A stretch of 64,000 nt of DNA from Octopus vulgaris (GCA_951406725.2 OX597828.1:61938001-62002000), one strand, 5' to 3'; counted from the first letter of the stretch, positions 1-13,894 are shown. The notes: generated by a model not told the origin, from the sequence alone. Numbers and translations: made by a program.

Positions 1-1211
1 TTTCTCCATTGCTTTCTCTCCTTTGGGACAGTTTCGAAATTCTGTTGTGCAATGTAGCTGAGGGTGAAAATTCTCTTCATGATGTCTCTGAACCTCAGTT
101 GCGATCTCCTATGGTAATGTCAGTTTAGAATAAAAGATGCTCTTTGGGAGTTGTTTGTTCTTCATCTTTTGAACATTACCTATCCAGTATAGTTGATGGC
201 TAAAGAATATCGCATCGATACTTATCATTTCTGCTTTTATAGGATGCATTTTGTTCCTGTTTGATATCGGGAAGTGACTAAAACTTTAATTAAGAGAACA
301 ATTCAAATTATTTTATGTGAAATCGATAAGGAGTCCCTGCCCCACGCATAAAGAAATATGGTGGCACATTTCACTCGGTAAACGAACAGCTTCCTGTTAA
401 TTTTGAATCTGTAGTTCTTGAAGACCCTTTAATTAAGTTCTCTATATGCTGCATGGGCTACATGTAACCTGTTGTTGATCTCACAGTTTACAGTTGCACT
501 TGAAAATATGTTGAAATCAAGATATAGAAAGTAGGCGGCTTAATTCATTAGGTTGCTTTTGATGGTTATTTCGATCTTTTACTGGGACGATCTTCGGGTT
601 GATGTCTTGTTGATGTAACTGTTAGGCAATAATATTCATATTCTGAAACCCATCAGTCACATAATTGTCAAAGGTGGACTTGGTTATGATTGAATATAGC
701 CATTTCATCCGCATACTGCATTTCAATAAAAGTTTTGTGCTCCGATAAAGCGTCGGGCCTCGATTAAGGACACTTTCATTGTACCTGGTTCTGTGCGTAA
801 AAATGTCTCTCATTTACAGCAGCCAAATAAACCTCACAGAGAAACAGAGAGAAGTGGGTCAGTACTAAGACATTTCCTTACTTCACACGAGTTTTGACCT
901 CAAAAAAGCTGATACCTGTTCGATAATATACAATGTTATCATGAAGAAAAGAGATGATAACACGGAATTTCAGCGGAAATCCAACCTACTGAAGTATTTT
1001 CAAAAATTTCACGGCATCTTGTGTTAAAAGTTTTAGTCTAATCATACAACAATAGATGTAGCGGCTTGTGGAGCTCCTCGGCTTTGTCTTGCAGTTGACA
1101 GATGGCAAAAATTATGTCCACTGTGTGGCAACCAGCAGGTGAAATCAGTTCTGTGATGTAGAAGAGTGCAGATTCCGCTACTGGTAGGAGTCGTGCCAAC
1201 ATGTTTCTTGT
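1..1211 (-). mobile_element. Degenerate RTE-clade LINE, RT domain to C-terminus, frameshifted; runs off the window start
   Basis: Minus-strand translation gives LARLLPVAE...TVDIIFAICQLQDKAEELHKPLHLLLYD (RT domains 1-2), MQYADEMA (YADD-like, ~700-722), HQLYWIGNVQKMKNKQLPKSIFY and RRSQLRFRDIMKR, all typical of RTE ORF2. Confidence 0.8.
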
Positions 1212-1229
1212 AGAGACAATCCATAAAGT

Positions 1230-1825
1230 TTCCACTGTATGGATTGTCTCTTTCTCTCTAGTTCAGTGATGACCTCAACACTCGTCCTGGCTTAGGAAAC
1301 GTTCAAGAAAACCAGCTGGTCAGGTGTCAGAAGACGTGGTACCCACTGAATGTACAGAATATTCTCAACTGTCTCACGGCACAAGCTAATAAATAACATT
1401 GGTCATTTGATTTATAGTCAGTCGCCTGCCATCCATTAATATCTGTACAACATAATGTCTTCCTTGGTAGTTGCAGGATATCCAAACATATCTTGACTCT
1501 CCTTTCCCTCCTATATTCAGTTTCCCACTTTTGCACTGTTGATAAAGCTGGAGCATCATCCTTTAATGTAGCGACCACGTTGCCATGAATGTTCTTGGCG
1601 ACTAAATTATTTTTCTGCGGGTATTTGATAAGTTCATGATGCTAAATTTTGTCGATTTTCAAGAAAAGCTACTGCTACCATTTTAAGTATTCTCTGAACA
1701 GTCAAGTGTCAGCTTATTTGGAAAGAAACAATGCAACTATTAATAAGAAAGTTGAAATTAATGCGAGCAAGATTTCATAGCTCTGGCTTCACTCCTTCAT
1801 AGACCAGCCTAAGCGAATTATGCAT
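1230..1825 (-). mobile_element. Mariner transposon, 5' half (degenerate); same family as 43345-44636
   Basis: ORF 1327-1578 (LKDDAPALSTVQKWETEYRR) resembles the mariner N-terminal HTH. Sequence near 1790-1815 matches the left end of the copy at 43345. Confidence 0.75.
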
Positions 1826-2025
1826 GTTGCTTGGGACGTCGAAGAAGTGTAATTATGATCTTTGTTGGTGGGTTGGTGTTGTTCGAGTTTGCATACCAAT
1901 AATCAATTCTTTTTTAACTACTACCAATAATAGGAAAATATTCATCATACCACAAACAACTGTTTTAAGAGAAGACGCATCGAATAATACAAAAACGACC
2001 GTATATACAGATATTCTGTGTAAGT

Positions 2026-2360
2026 GAATGACTTAAAACTTTATGCAAAGAATATGCATGAGATGAAAAGAGTTTTGACCTAGTTACAACATTCCCAAAG
2101 GATGTAGGGTTGGAGTTTGGTCGGGATAGATGTTATATGGTAGTGAAAATGGGGAAAACTATAAACCAGACTAGTAACATCTCCATCAATGATTTGACTG
2201 TTTCCCCTTATCTGACGACAAATCTAGTTGTGGATGAAAACATATCTTACAATGGAACCTGTAACAAAACACGTGTCACTAAAGAATATTACAGCCTAAT
2301 GAAGAGAATTTGGACCTCAGAACTCTCTGCTAAAGAATATTACAGCCGAATAAAGAACAT
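2026..2360 (+). mobile_element. R4/Dong-clade RT fragment
   Basis: Translates as DLKLYAK...LEFGRDRC...VTKEYYSLMKRIWTSELSA, homologous to the YMDDLKL...MEFGLEKC...KECYRRVRAVLKSELNA region of the Dong ORF at 34627. Confidence 0.65.
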
Positions 2361-2399
2361 TTCCACAACTATGCACAGTTTCTCTTCTCTATCCCAACG

Positions 2400-3690
2400 C
2401 ATTATATCAAGTCTGTGTTTACATTTTATTGAGGTTTTCACTGGGACATTCCTCCAGTACTGCTTTTTATTATGAGTGGCTATGGCTTCTATCATACCGC
2501 GATTCTTATTTCTTTGTCCTCGGGGTTACCCTTCCTCCGGACTTCATTACAGCATGTCCTACAATTACTTATGATGAGGGTAATATCTTCGGTGTTAACT
2601 CCACAAAGTCTTCATCGGTCGTCACATTTTACTGCTTTATGTATGTATGTATCTTCAATTTTTTAATTATTATAAATCCTCCACTGAGGAGAGAGCCGTT
2701 CACCAGCAAATATACAAGGCTCCATCTTTGGGATGTAGTTAACACAGACAAATTCACATTTGAAACTTGAGACAAGTCTTGCATATTTTTACTGTTCCAC
2801 TCACAGATTGAACTTGTAATGTACGAATTAGCCGGTCAGTTTCTCTTTCTGAGAATCCCAGTTTATCGCGATTCTCCTTTAAGCATTTACTAACAAAACT
2901 TAATGCTCCAATTATTATTGGTATAAATACGAATTCATCGTCTGAATATAGAAGCAGGAGGTTTCGAAGCAGTTGTCCATATATATCCTCTTTCTCTTTG
3001 ATTTTCATAGAAATATTTATGTCTGCAGGGCAGCTGACCTCTATGATGGAACATATCTCTGCTCCTCTGTCCCAAGCAACAATGTCCGGCCTGTTATGCT
3101 TACATTTGACAGAAGTTTTGATGGGAATATTCCACCAGTATTTCTTGAGTTGGTGTTTATGAATATATTCCATTACAGAGGGATTTTCTAAGTTTATTTC
3201 AGGACAATCTTTCATGCGAAGGGCATTGTAAATTGTTTTAGCAACAACATCGTGCCGCATAGGGAGGTAGTACCGTGACGACATTTTAGGACAGTTGCTA
3301 ATCACATGCATAATGTCTTCCGCAGAAACATGACATAGCCTACAAATGCGGTTGCACCTTGGGATTACTTGTCCCTCTCTTTTGTTCACCAGTTATTTTG
3401 TGACAATCTCCTGTTCCTGGATTGCAAACGCATAGCCTTCAAAGTGTGATACGATGCAGTGGTCTGGTGTCGAAGAGAGGTTGTGCTTTGTGTCAACTTG
3501 AAGCTTCCGGGCAACATACCCATGTATGGTCTGTTTTTTTTTGTTTTGTATGCTGAGTGCTTTCCATCCAGGTCGTCCCTGAGGTAAGAGAGCCCAGCTG
3601 TTTTGGAGCTGTATAAGAGATCATCCGGAAGAAAGGGTTTCTTGAGGAGTTCACTGCCAACTCGTACAATGTTGCTCACTTCACTTTTCA
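2400..3690 (-). mobile_element. R4/Dong-clade non-LTR retrotransposon 3' end (zinc knuckle + REL endonuclease + 3' UTR)
   Basis: ORF 2754-3389 contains CRLC...HVISNC, RHD, NRPD and IIEVSCP...KEKEDIY: a CCHC motif followed by a PD-(D/E)xK restriction-like endonuclease. Confidence 0.85.
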
Positions 3691-3988
3691 GTACTGTATG
3701 TATGTATGTATGTATGTATGCATGTGTGTGTAAGACAGACTGATAGATAGATAGAGAGAGAGAGACAGACAGACAGACATATATACACACGTTTCATATA
3801 TTCTTATATGTACACACATATGAGCATATATACATACGCATATATATATATATATATATATATATGTACGTACACACATACACGTATGTATATTTATATA
3901 AACGTATGTGTATGTATGTGTGTATATGTGGGTGGGTGTTTATGTGTGTGTGTGTGTTTGTGTGTTTGCGTGCGTGTGCGTGTTTATG

Positions 3989-4020
<32 letters not shown>

Positions 4021-4022
4021 AT

Positions 4023-4203
4023 TACGTGTGGGTGCTGAAAAGTTCCTGATTCTGGCTAAAAGAAAGTACAGAAAGATTGGTTATGATTTTATTCCATATA
4101 TACTTGTTTTTCTAAGTCCTGTAAGAGAACTGAGAAGGTTGGGCCTCCAGCCAGGCCTTTCGTGAGACGCTTACAGCCCGGAACTTTTCAGCACCCCCTC
4201 CTG
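4023..4203. mobile_element. Mariner-derived MITE
   Basis: Terminal inverted repeats gtgggtgctgaaaagttcctg (~4028) and cggaacttttcagcaccccc (~4180) around a short non-coding core; resembles the mariner TIR at 43345. Confidence 0.65.
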
Positions 4204-4223
4204 TGTATGTTTATAAATAAATA

Positions 4224-4644
4224 TAGCAATATACATTGTACATAAAGGATGCGGCGTCGCACCGATAACCAGCCGGCGGAAGATCTGCCTGGGATTAAAC
4301 TAGTAGTAACATGGAACAGCCACTTTGATGTGGCGATTGACTTAACTTGTTCGTATAATTACTACTCTCATCTCTTTATGCTTGTTGCAAATCGGTGACC
4401 GATGGTTACTTTGTTTACAATATATTGCTGGCTGGAACAGATTCTGGCTATCGCTCTACTAACCACGTGTTCGCGACTGAGGATGAGCCACCAGCTGGAA
4501 ACTGACTCAGTCTCGCGGTCATCCTCTACTAGAGGGTGGTAGGGGTTCACTCCCCTTGCTAGCAATATATATTGTGTATAAAGGGTACAGCTTTGCACGG
4601 ATAACCAGCTGGCGGAAGATCTGCCTGGGGTTAAACTAGTAGTA
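4224..4644 (+). mobile_element. ~336-bp partial-tandem element carrying a hammerhead ribozyme (retrozyme / Penelope pLTR-like)
   Basis: An ~85-bp direct repeat at 4224 and 4560 (tagcaatat...gataaccagc.ggcggaagatctgcctggg.ttaaactagtagta) with a hammerhead motif between the copies; the element ends in (TA)n. Confidence 0.65.
4472..4517 (+). ncRNA. Type I hammerhead ribozyme motif
   Basis: cgcga-CTGAGGA-tgagccaccagctg-GAAA-ctgactcag-TC-tcgcg: perfect 5-bp helix I, conserved core, near-palindromic helix III and GUC cleavage triplet. Helix II is imperfect. Confidence 0.75.
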
Positions 4645-4744
4645 TATATATATATAAATATACATATATATTGGTGGTGCTATTAAGTTAGACATGGCCT
4701 GGGCCAATAATGGCCGAAACCTATCAAAGTATCAAAGTATCAAA

Positions 4745-4817
<73 letters not shown>

Positions 4818-5894
4818 TATACATACATGTGTGTATATGTTTATATAGCAAGGTAGTACCTCAATTCTCAGAAGCTACTGGATTAAATGTTGTATTTATA
4901 AGCAGATTGGCCACTTGTTCGTCTGGAATAAGTGAAGTGGTATAGATACCTCTGATATCGATAACTCATTAAGGTTTGAAAATCGATTAAGCCTGAACAT
5001 TATTTTCTTATTCTAACTACGAAGATAGTTAATTTTTCCCTGTTTGTATGTCGCGCATACATACACACACATACACGTATATACACACACATACACACAC
5101 GCACACGCACACACACATATGTGTATTAAAAAAGAAAGTATCTAAAAATATAGGCGTAAACCGGCTTTGCGTGTAGTTTAATGAAAACTGCTAAAATTAA
5201 CCGATAAATTAAGAAAATGAGACAATTAATTAGTTTTTCAAGTTATCTGCCATATAGTGCAACTCGATAAATATTATTTGTTTTATGAATTATTAACTGA
5301 TGTTCACATTAAATTATGAAAAACACATGGAAAGGCTTTAAACAATCTCAGAAAGGAGTGTGGTGTGCATATGTCACGTGGCTGAATTTATTTGGCGCCA
5401 ATTACACGAAAATTATACGAGGAAAAACCTGTGTAACCATATTTCCAATTGTTATCCCCTGAACCGAATACATAAACATTTATTAAACTTCACTTTGAAC
5501 TGAATAAATAAACAGCATATGTGTATATAAGCTAAGTTTTCTGTTATTCTTTCCTCGTTAAATTCTAGAAGTTACACTTTCCAGAAGTTCTCTGTTGATT
5601 TTAACGATTTTCATTACACCTCCTTCATTTTTCTCAGATACTCAATATTACAAGACCACAGATCGAAGTCTTATGAAACCTCATCATATTTGTATCTAGT
5701 TTGAATACTCACAGAAATATTTTATCTCAGGTGTATCATTAGACACAAAAATTATGTACGAATGTATACAGATGGCAGAGAAATGTACATGTACATGTAC
5801 AAATGTATATGCACACACACACATGTGTATACATGTATACAACATTCATAAATACAATCATGCAAGCATATATTTACTGATCAATAAAGGTTTC

Positions 5895-6064
5895 TAAAAA
5901 AAATTTTTTTTTTAGACATTCATTAGTACAACACCAAACCCCCCCCCCAAATATATGGCTCACTAGGCATAACAACAACATGAACCTCCAACCTGTTGTC
6001 TCTTGAGGTCTCTGGGTGAGACTTGGAGCCAACTTGTACAAATATAAAGCAAAAGTCAAACATA
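5895..6064 (+). mobile_element. 3' UTR fragment of R4/Dong family 1, followed by (GAA)n and (TTA)n
   Basis: Nearly identical to 41620-41769 and to the reverse complement of 8877-9030. Confidence 0.8.
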
Positions 6065-6105
6065 GAAGAAGAAGAAGAAGAAGAAGAAGAAGAAGAAGAA
6101 GAAGA

Positions 6106-6183
<78 letters not shown>

Positions 6184-6943
6184 ACTTTAGAAGGATTAAC
6201 GTAATTCCCCATAAATGTAAATAGATAATACGAAGAGTACGAAATGAAATTCAAGACATAGTTACTTCAGTAACATTCAAATGCCTACATGGTCATGAAC
6301 CAATACTCCGGTTACGGTTCACTAATGACGTTTTTTGTCTGGGAAGGATCACAGGATAGTTTAATTGACCTGTTGCATTTCTGTGACTGTTATGCTAAAA
6401 TTTACGTCTAGTTTTTCAAAAACTTGCGTTGAATTTTTGCACACAAAAATTAAGTTTTCTGGAGGCAGAATAGTTATTTTGCAAGCCCACGTAATCCACA
6501 TTTACCTCCACCGCCGCTCCGATCATCAACATCATATAATTCGGTCAAATCTCAAATCACAACTTTTGAGGATAAAACTGATTTGTACTGATATAGGGAG
6601 TTACTGGAAGCATGCAAATGATTTTGTGCGGCATTATGTCGAACGCGGTTACAGTGAGTCAGGATTGCAAATGACATAGCTAAGATTAGCAAAGAAAGTC
6701 AAACTTCCACGCATAATTTTAGAATACAAAGTACCATATGTGACAGAATTCCTTTAGTAATTAACTGGCACCAAAATTTCGCTGGCATTTCAAAACTGTT
6801 ACATGAACGTTGCCAGCATGTTGCAGAAAAATACCCCCGTTTCAAACATATATTTCCTCAGCCGCCTATTGTAGCCTTTAGACGGAATAAAAATATAAGA
6901 GAACCATTAACCACTACTTTTGACAATGCAGTTCGAGGAATTA

Positions 6944-7109
6944 TGTACATTATTTACATTATTTACATTTGACGGATATTTGTCCTCATCTTGTTTGTTA
7001 TTAACACAACGTTTTGGCTGATATACCCTCCAGCCTTCATCAGGTGTCTAGGGGAAATTTCGAACCTTGGTTCTCATTCCTAAGGTATTTTTCGATCTTC
7101 TTCTTCTTC

Positions 7110-7155
<46 letters not shown>

Positions 7156-7231
7156 TCAGGTCACTGCCTGGAATCGAACTCGGAATCTTGAGGTTAGTAG
7201 CCCGTGCTCTTAACCACTACGCCACATGCCC
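6944..7231 (-). mobile_element. tRNA-headed SINE with a hammerhead-containing tail, copy 1
   Basis: Minus strand reads ggcatgTGGCGTAGTGGttaagagcacgggctactaacc...GAGTTCGATTCCaggcagtgacc (A and B boxes), then (TAA)n, a hammerhead at 7003-7048, and a (tgtaaataa)n tail. Confidence 0.75.
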
Positions 7232-7242
7232 ACGAGCATATC

Positions 7243-7289
7243 GCGCGGGCTACTAACCCCAAGAATCCGAGTTCGATTCCAGGCAGTGA

Positions 7290-7376
<87 letters not shown>

Positions 7377-7531
7377 CAACAATAACATCGAAAAATACCT
7401 TAGGAATGAGAACCCAGGTTCAAAATTTCCCCAAGACACCTGATGAAGGCTGGAGGGTATATCAGCCGAAACGTTGTGTTAACAACAAACAAGATGAGGA
7501 CATATATCCGTCGAATGAAAATAATGTAAAT
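7243..7531 (+). mobile_element. tRNA-headed SINE with a hammerhead-containing tail, copy 2 (5'-truncated, inverted relative to copy 1)
   Basis: Reverse complement of 6944-7205; lacks the A box and keeps the B box gagttcgattcc. Confidence 0.75.
7435..7480 (+). ncRNA. Minimal type I hammerhead ribozyme motif
   Basis: gacac-CTGATGA-a-ggctg-gagggtatat-cagcc-GAAA-cg-TT-gtgtt: helix I gacac/gtgtt, 5-bp helix II, palindromic AACGTT helix III, GUU triplet. Confidence 0.8.
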
Positions 7532-8228
7532 GCTCTACTTCTGACTCCAAGAAAACTAACATTGAAGTTTCTGCACGCTGTACCTTGAAAAACAGCCACA
7601 AGAGAAGTAAACCTTGTTCGTTGTTCAACAACATGAGTCAAGTGAATTCCATCAGGAATCATAACAGAAATGTTATGATTTACACGGAAGGTGAGACGTG
7701 TAGAGATTCCCATTTAGTGTACGCAACAGAATGCACTGAACACAACTTGATTTATGTTGGTTGTACAACAGAACAATTAAGTAAAAGATTCAGTGAGCAC
7801 AGATATGGGGTCAGGCACAATAACACTAGTTCGACAGAACTTCCCGAACATTTTCATCAAACGGCTGCAATTTTGAAACTTTGAAAAACACTTAAACGTG
7901 CATATTCTCAGAAAATATTCTGAATCTGCTATACTTTCAGTCCTCAAAATGCATGAGGAGAAATATGTTTGTGAGTTATTAGCATCACGCCCTGAAGGGG
8001 AATTTCATAATATTTGCACAAAACGGTTTGATTAAGTATGCTTCTTTTTCTTTTTTCTTTTCTTCTGGGTTTTTTTTTTTCGCATTTTTATCTTTCTTTT
8101 TCTTTTTACCAGTTGTAAATTTGAAAATTGAGGACTGATGATGTCATTCTGTCAACGTGAGAATGCAGGTTCCCCTCGTTCAAATTTTTGAATTTGAATT
8201 TTTATAATTTAGAATTTCTATGTATCTA

Positions 8229-8600
8229 GGCGCAGGAGTGGCTGTGTGGTAAGTAGCTTGCTAACCAACCACATGGTTCCGGGTTCAGTCCCACTGCGTG
8301 GCATCTTGGGCAAGTGTCTTCTGCTATAGCCCCGGGCCGACCAATGCCTTGTGAGTGGATTTGGTAGACGGAAACTGAAAGAAGCCTGTCGTATATATGT
8401 ATATATATGTGTGTGTGTTTGTTCTCTTAGCATTGCTTGACAACCGATGCTGGTGTGTTTACGTCCCCGTCACTTAGCGGTTCGGCAAAAGAGACCGATA
8501 GAATAAGTACTGGGCTGCCAAAGAATAAGTCCCGGGGTTGATTTGCTCGACTAAAAGGCGGTGCTCCAGCATGGCCGCAGTCAAATGACTGAAACAAGTA
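8229..8600 (+). mobile_element. tRNA-derived SINE family A (composite, with an internal microsatellite)
   Basis: ggcgcaggagTGGCTGTGTGGtaag...GGTTCAGTCCC Pol III boxes. Near-identical copy at 56737-57138; partial copies at 16359-16479(-), 19330-19490(-), 20240-20355, 21210-21420, 29555-29670(-), 47345-47500, 48175-48490 and 55950-56100(-). Confidence 0.85.
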
Positions 8601-8776
8601 AAAGAGTAAAAGAGTAAAGAGTAAAAGAGTAAAGAGTAAAAGAGTAAAGAGTAAAAGAGTATCCCTTTTCATTTTGAACTCGACAAAGACAGGCAAGCTG
8701 TCGAAATCTCGTTCAAATCAACAAAATATTTATGGCTATTACATTGCATTCTTCGCATAATCTGTTGCTATTATTA

Positions 8777-10198
<1,422 letters not shown>

Positions 10199-10203
10199 GA
10201 AAC

Positions 10204-10261
<58 letters not shown>

Positions 10262-11149
10262 GCCTTACAATAAAAGCCAAAATATGGGTAAATGAGCAAG
10301 TGCCAAAAGGAATAAGAGACAAGACACAACTGATATGTTTAAGAGAGAGGTTTATTTAGGTGTTGACATGTGGGTAGCAGAGTGTCTGTGTACGTGTGTG
10401 CGTTATAAGTGTGTGTCTGTGTGATCGACATAAGTACTTACGTAATAATAATAATAATAATATAGACAGGCCGTCAAAGCATACAATAATGTGTGTGTTC
10501 AAACAAGATATATGTGAGTGAGATAAAATACAGAGCATAGAAAGTCTATAATCAGGACGGTAGATGAATGTTCAGACACAAGGTAAAAGATTATACCAGT
10601 TCGTAGTAAGATACACAATAGCAGATGTTCTGTAACAATGAAGTTGGGGTCACAAGGCAGATGCCGGTTGAACACATGTCGTGTAGCGGTTGTGGCTTCA
10701 ATGCTGTGTCGGGTTACTTGATACAGAAGGTTCTCGCAGGTAGGGTTGGCTGTTAACCTTGGTAAGTATTCACAAACAGCGTGTAGTTAAACCTAGGCGA
10801 AATGGCTGTGCACATATTGATGTTAGTGGTGTCGATAAGGCGACGGTGGAGAAAGGTCCTAAAATACTGCTGTGGCGGTGGTGGTGACGCAGTCGCTGGA
10901 ACATGGCTGAGTCGCTGTAGTCAGAGGTTAGTCCTAAGAAGGACTAGAACCAAAGACGAATTACGGTTTATTAATCTAGCTTTTAAAGAGATTAGTGGGC
11001 TCCAGAAAAGAACCTAGAAGACTGTGTCATAGGACCTTATCAGAAGGCTGCGATTGGTTGGTTTACACATTGGCGCGAAATAAAGCAAGAGTTAAACTGC
11101 ACCAAAACCAACCAATAAGAGCAGCGGCCCCAATTCGAAAGATCTGAAA

Positions 11150-11425
11150 ATAGAGGTAACTTGAATGTGGATTCTAAAAACAGAAGCAATTCCTGGATAT
11201 GATAAAAAACGTTCAGACAAAAACATAACAAAAGCACCAAGACTAACTAGTACATATAACACACAGAAAATAGCACTACTAGGCACCGCACACATCCTAC
11301 GTAGAACACTTTCAATACAGCAAAAATAAGAGCATCACAACAAACCACAGCACATACCCAACGCACACAGGGATGCGCTCGGTAATGCAGTGAATGCACG
11401 AGATAAAAAGAAGACTACTGAATAA
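11150..11425 (+). mobile_element. 3' end of another R4/Dong family with a (TAA)n tail
   Basis: Translates as [18 protein letters not shown], homologous to the Dong C-terminus QKIVLMGTAHILRKILS; has a different 3' UTR followed by (AAT)n. Confidence 0.7.
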
Positions 11426-11427
11426 TG

Positions 11428-11475
<48 letters not shown>

Positions 11476-11496
11476 TATATATATATATATATATAC

Positions 11497-11610
<114 letters not shown>

Positions 11611-12470
11611 GCATACATATACACATACGTATGTCTATCTGTATTCATGTATGTACGTCTGTATGCATATTGTCCATGCAGATACATGGAGAAATCTGAC
11701 CGGCACTCCGACATTTTTTTATATATAGGCAACCAATAGTTTCACAAGCAACAAGTTTCTCTTCCTCTTTGCACTCCACCGATGTCATCAGACAAACAGA
11801 TTGGGGAATGTGATGCAGCCTGGCACAAATGCCGTCGTCACAGGCGTGCGCAAATAATTATTTTACGCCCAACGCTCGAACAATGTCAGCGGCATGTATG
11901 TACTTCGTTTGCTCCTTCCGAACATATGTTATGACTATGAAACTGATATTCTGAATTACACAGCGAAGACTGACATAGCTAACATGATAAATCACTGGAT
12001 CGCTAAATTCAAGCCATTATTCCTTAAGTTATGCTTATAATGACTTTCACAAATGTTTGAAGATGAAAATATCCCTCTTGTCTACCGATATATACTTCAG
12101 TTTAAAAGATAATGAGCCACCGAGAGTAACAGACTTAGTGTGACACTTCTTTAGTTTCTGGCTGCTTTACACCAACGTGAAGAACAATGTTTTTACCTCT
12201 TCTTGATTCTGCGACGAAAGACAAGGTCTCTTACGGTAGATGTTTCACATCACATAACAACTGACTTATCAAATAATTTCTAGGATCTATAAAAACGATG
12301 TCTTCATTTACACCACCATATACCCTTCAGAAATGTATGAACGTTACACTGTCTCATTTCTATTCATCTATTACTCTTATTCAAAAGCCACTTACGTTTT
12401 TAGAAGTAGAATGTAATAAGTATCTGAGAGCTTCTTGCAAGATAATCCTGCAATATATAGCAGAACTAAG

Positions 12471-12600
12471 ATGGTGAGCTGGCAGAGTCATTAGCACGTA
12501 GGGGAAAATTCTTAACGTTCTGGATTCAAATTCCATGGAGGTCGACTTTGCCTTTTATCCTTTTGGGGTCGATAAAATAAGTACCAGCTGATGTAATCGA
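12471..12600 (+). mobile_element. SINE family C, degenerate copy
   Basis: ggtgagctggcagagtcattagcacg...ttcaaattcc..gaggtcgactttgcctt...ggggtcgataaaataagtaccag, the reverse complement of the units at 25390-26362. Confidence 0.7.
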
Positions 12601-12988
12601 CTCAGCCATTGTTCTCCTTGCACCAAATTTTGACATCAGTATGTGGTAGACCTTAAAACCCAGGTAAAATACACACGTGTTATACGAGTTCGATTCTAAG
12701 ACAAAGGTATATCAGCCTGAAACCTCTAACAAATGTTGTTGGGCTTGGGAAATATGTCAACATCAACATTTTTAATATCTATATCTCTTCTCACCCTGAA
12801 TATAGAAACTCGGTACCAATTTTAGATATAGCAATACTTTTGAGAGTAGGAGCGTGATGGAAAGATCCACTTTGCCGAAGTTTACCGTATTTGACGAGAA
12901 AAGTATAGCTTATTTAAATGATGGGAAATTGTTGTGCCACGATGCTGACAGAGAACAGGTGGGACGAAGGAGAAATGGTTGCAGTAGG

Positions 12989-13019
<31 letters not shown>

Positions 13020-13396
13020 TGTATGTATGTATGTACTACATACGTACTATGTACGTCTGTATGTATGTATGTATGTATGTATGTATGTATGTATGTATGT
13101 ATGTATGTATGTATGTATGTATGTATGTATGTATGTACTACGTACGTACGTATGTACGTCTGTATGTATGTATATGAAAAAGAGAGGCAGGGAATGATGA
13201 AGAATGAAAGAGACAGGGAATGTCCGGGCGTGAGTTCTACGGTTGGTCGCTCTTCTAGTTTTGTTTTCATAATTCAATGTGATCATCGTTCTTCCCATTT
13301 ATAGTCGACTTAATAGAAATTAGCCGACCGGGTGGGCGTCGGATGGTTGGCGTTGGGAGTTGGGTGGGTATGTGTGTGAGAGAGAGAGAGAGAGAG

Positions 13397-13434
<38 letters not shown>

Positions 13435-13894
13435 GGTGTGAAGAATGAAGGCAGGCTCGATGACAGAGAAAATATATCAGTCACCCAATGTTGTATCAGA
13501 TTCATATCCATATGGCACTGATATTATTCATGTGACTCGACAAGAGGACGGCTTGGTCGAAAGAAATGTGTTTCTCAAAGAACGCCTTACTTCTGATAAG
13601 GGGCCAATAATTAGCTTATGGAAGGTAGTAGCTCTGTGAATCTCTCTATTATCAGTAGAACTTTTTTCTTTCAGGTTCTTGTTGCTGCTGCTGCTGGTGT
13701 CAACGTCGTAGCCGCTGTTGTTGTTGTTGTTTTGTAGGTGGTTATGTTATTGTTCTGGTTGATATTCTTCTATTTTATACTAATTTTGTTCTTTTCGTCT
13801 TCCTGCTCAGATTGTTTCCTTCCGTCTTTCCTTTCTTCTTTTTCTTCCTTTTTCTTTCCAGTTCCCTATTTTTCTTTCATTTCGATGTTTTTTT

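Larger units (their letters stand above)
6250..8180 (+). mobile_element. Degenerate Penelope-like element (RT C-terminal half + GIY-YIG endonuclease), interrupted by an inverted SINE pair
   Basis: PILRLRFTNDVF (RYIDDIF-like), KFTSSFSKTCVEFLHTKI, ERGYS, and ORF 7585-7884 LVYATECTEHNLIYVGCTTEQLSKRFSEH (GIY-YIG). A decayed hammerhead-like motif gagga-CTGATGA...cctc lies at 8130-8177 after the ORF. Confidence 0.8.

Noticed and set aside
2026-3690. Twin-priming inversion of a single Dong element
   Set aside because: The fragments lie tail-to-tail, not in the arrangement twin priming produces; two separate pieces are more likely.
7158-7231. Possible tRNA gene
   Set aside because: The acceptor and T stems do not pair properly and the sequence continues into a repeat body, so it is a SINE head. 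The same holds for 8229, 18887 and 28985.
11783-11795. Isolated CTGATGA on the minus strand (also CTGAAGA at 31390, 52302 and 58783)
   Set aside because: No properly placed GAAA, helix III or closing helix I, so these were not counted as hammerheads.
13511-13532. TATGGCACTGATATTATTCATG resembles miR-183/263 (MIR-96 family)
   Set aside because: Only a weak hairpin forms and the match would lie on the 3' arm, whereas this family matures from the 5' arm. Small-RNA data would be needed.
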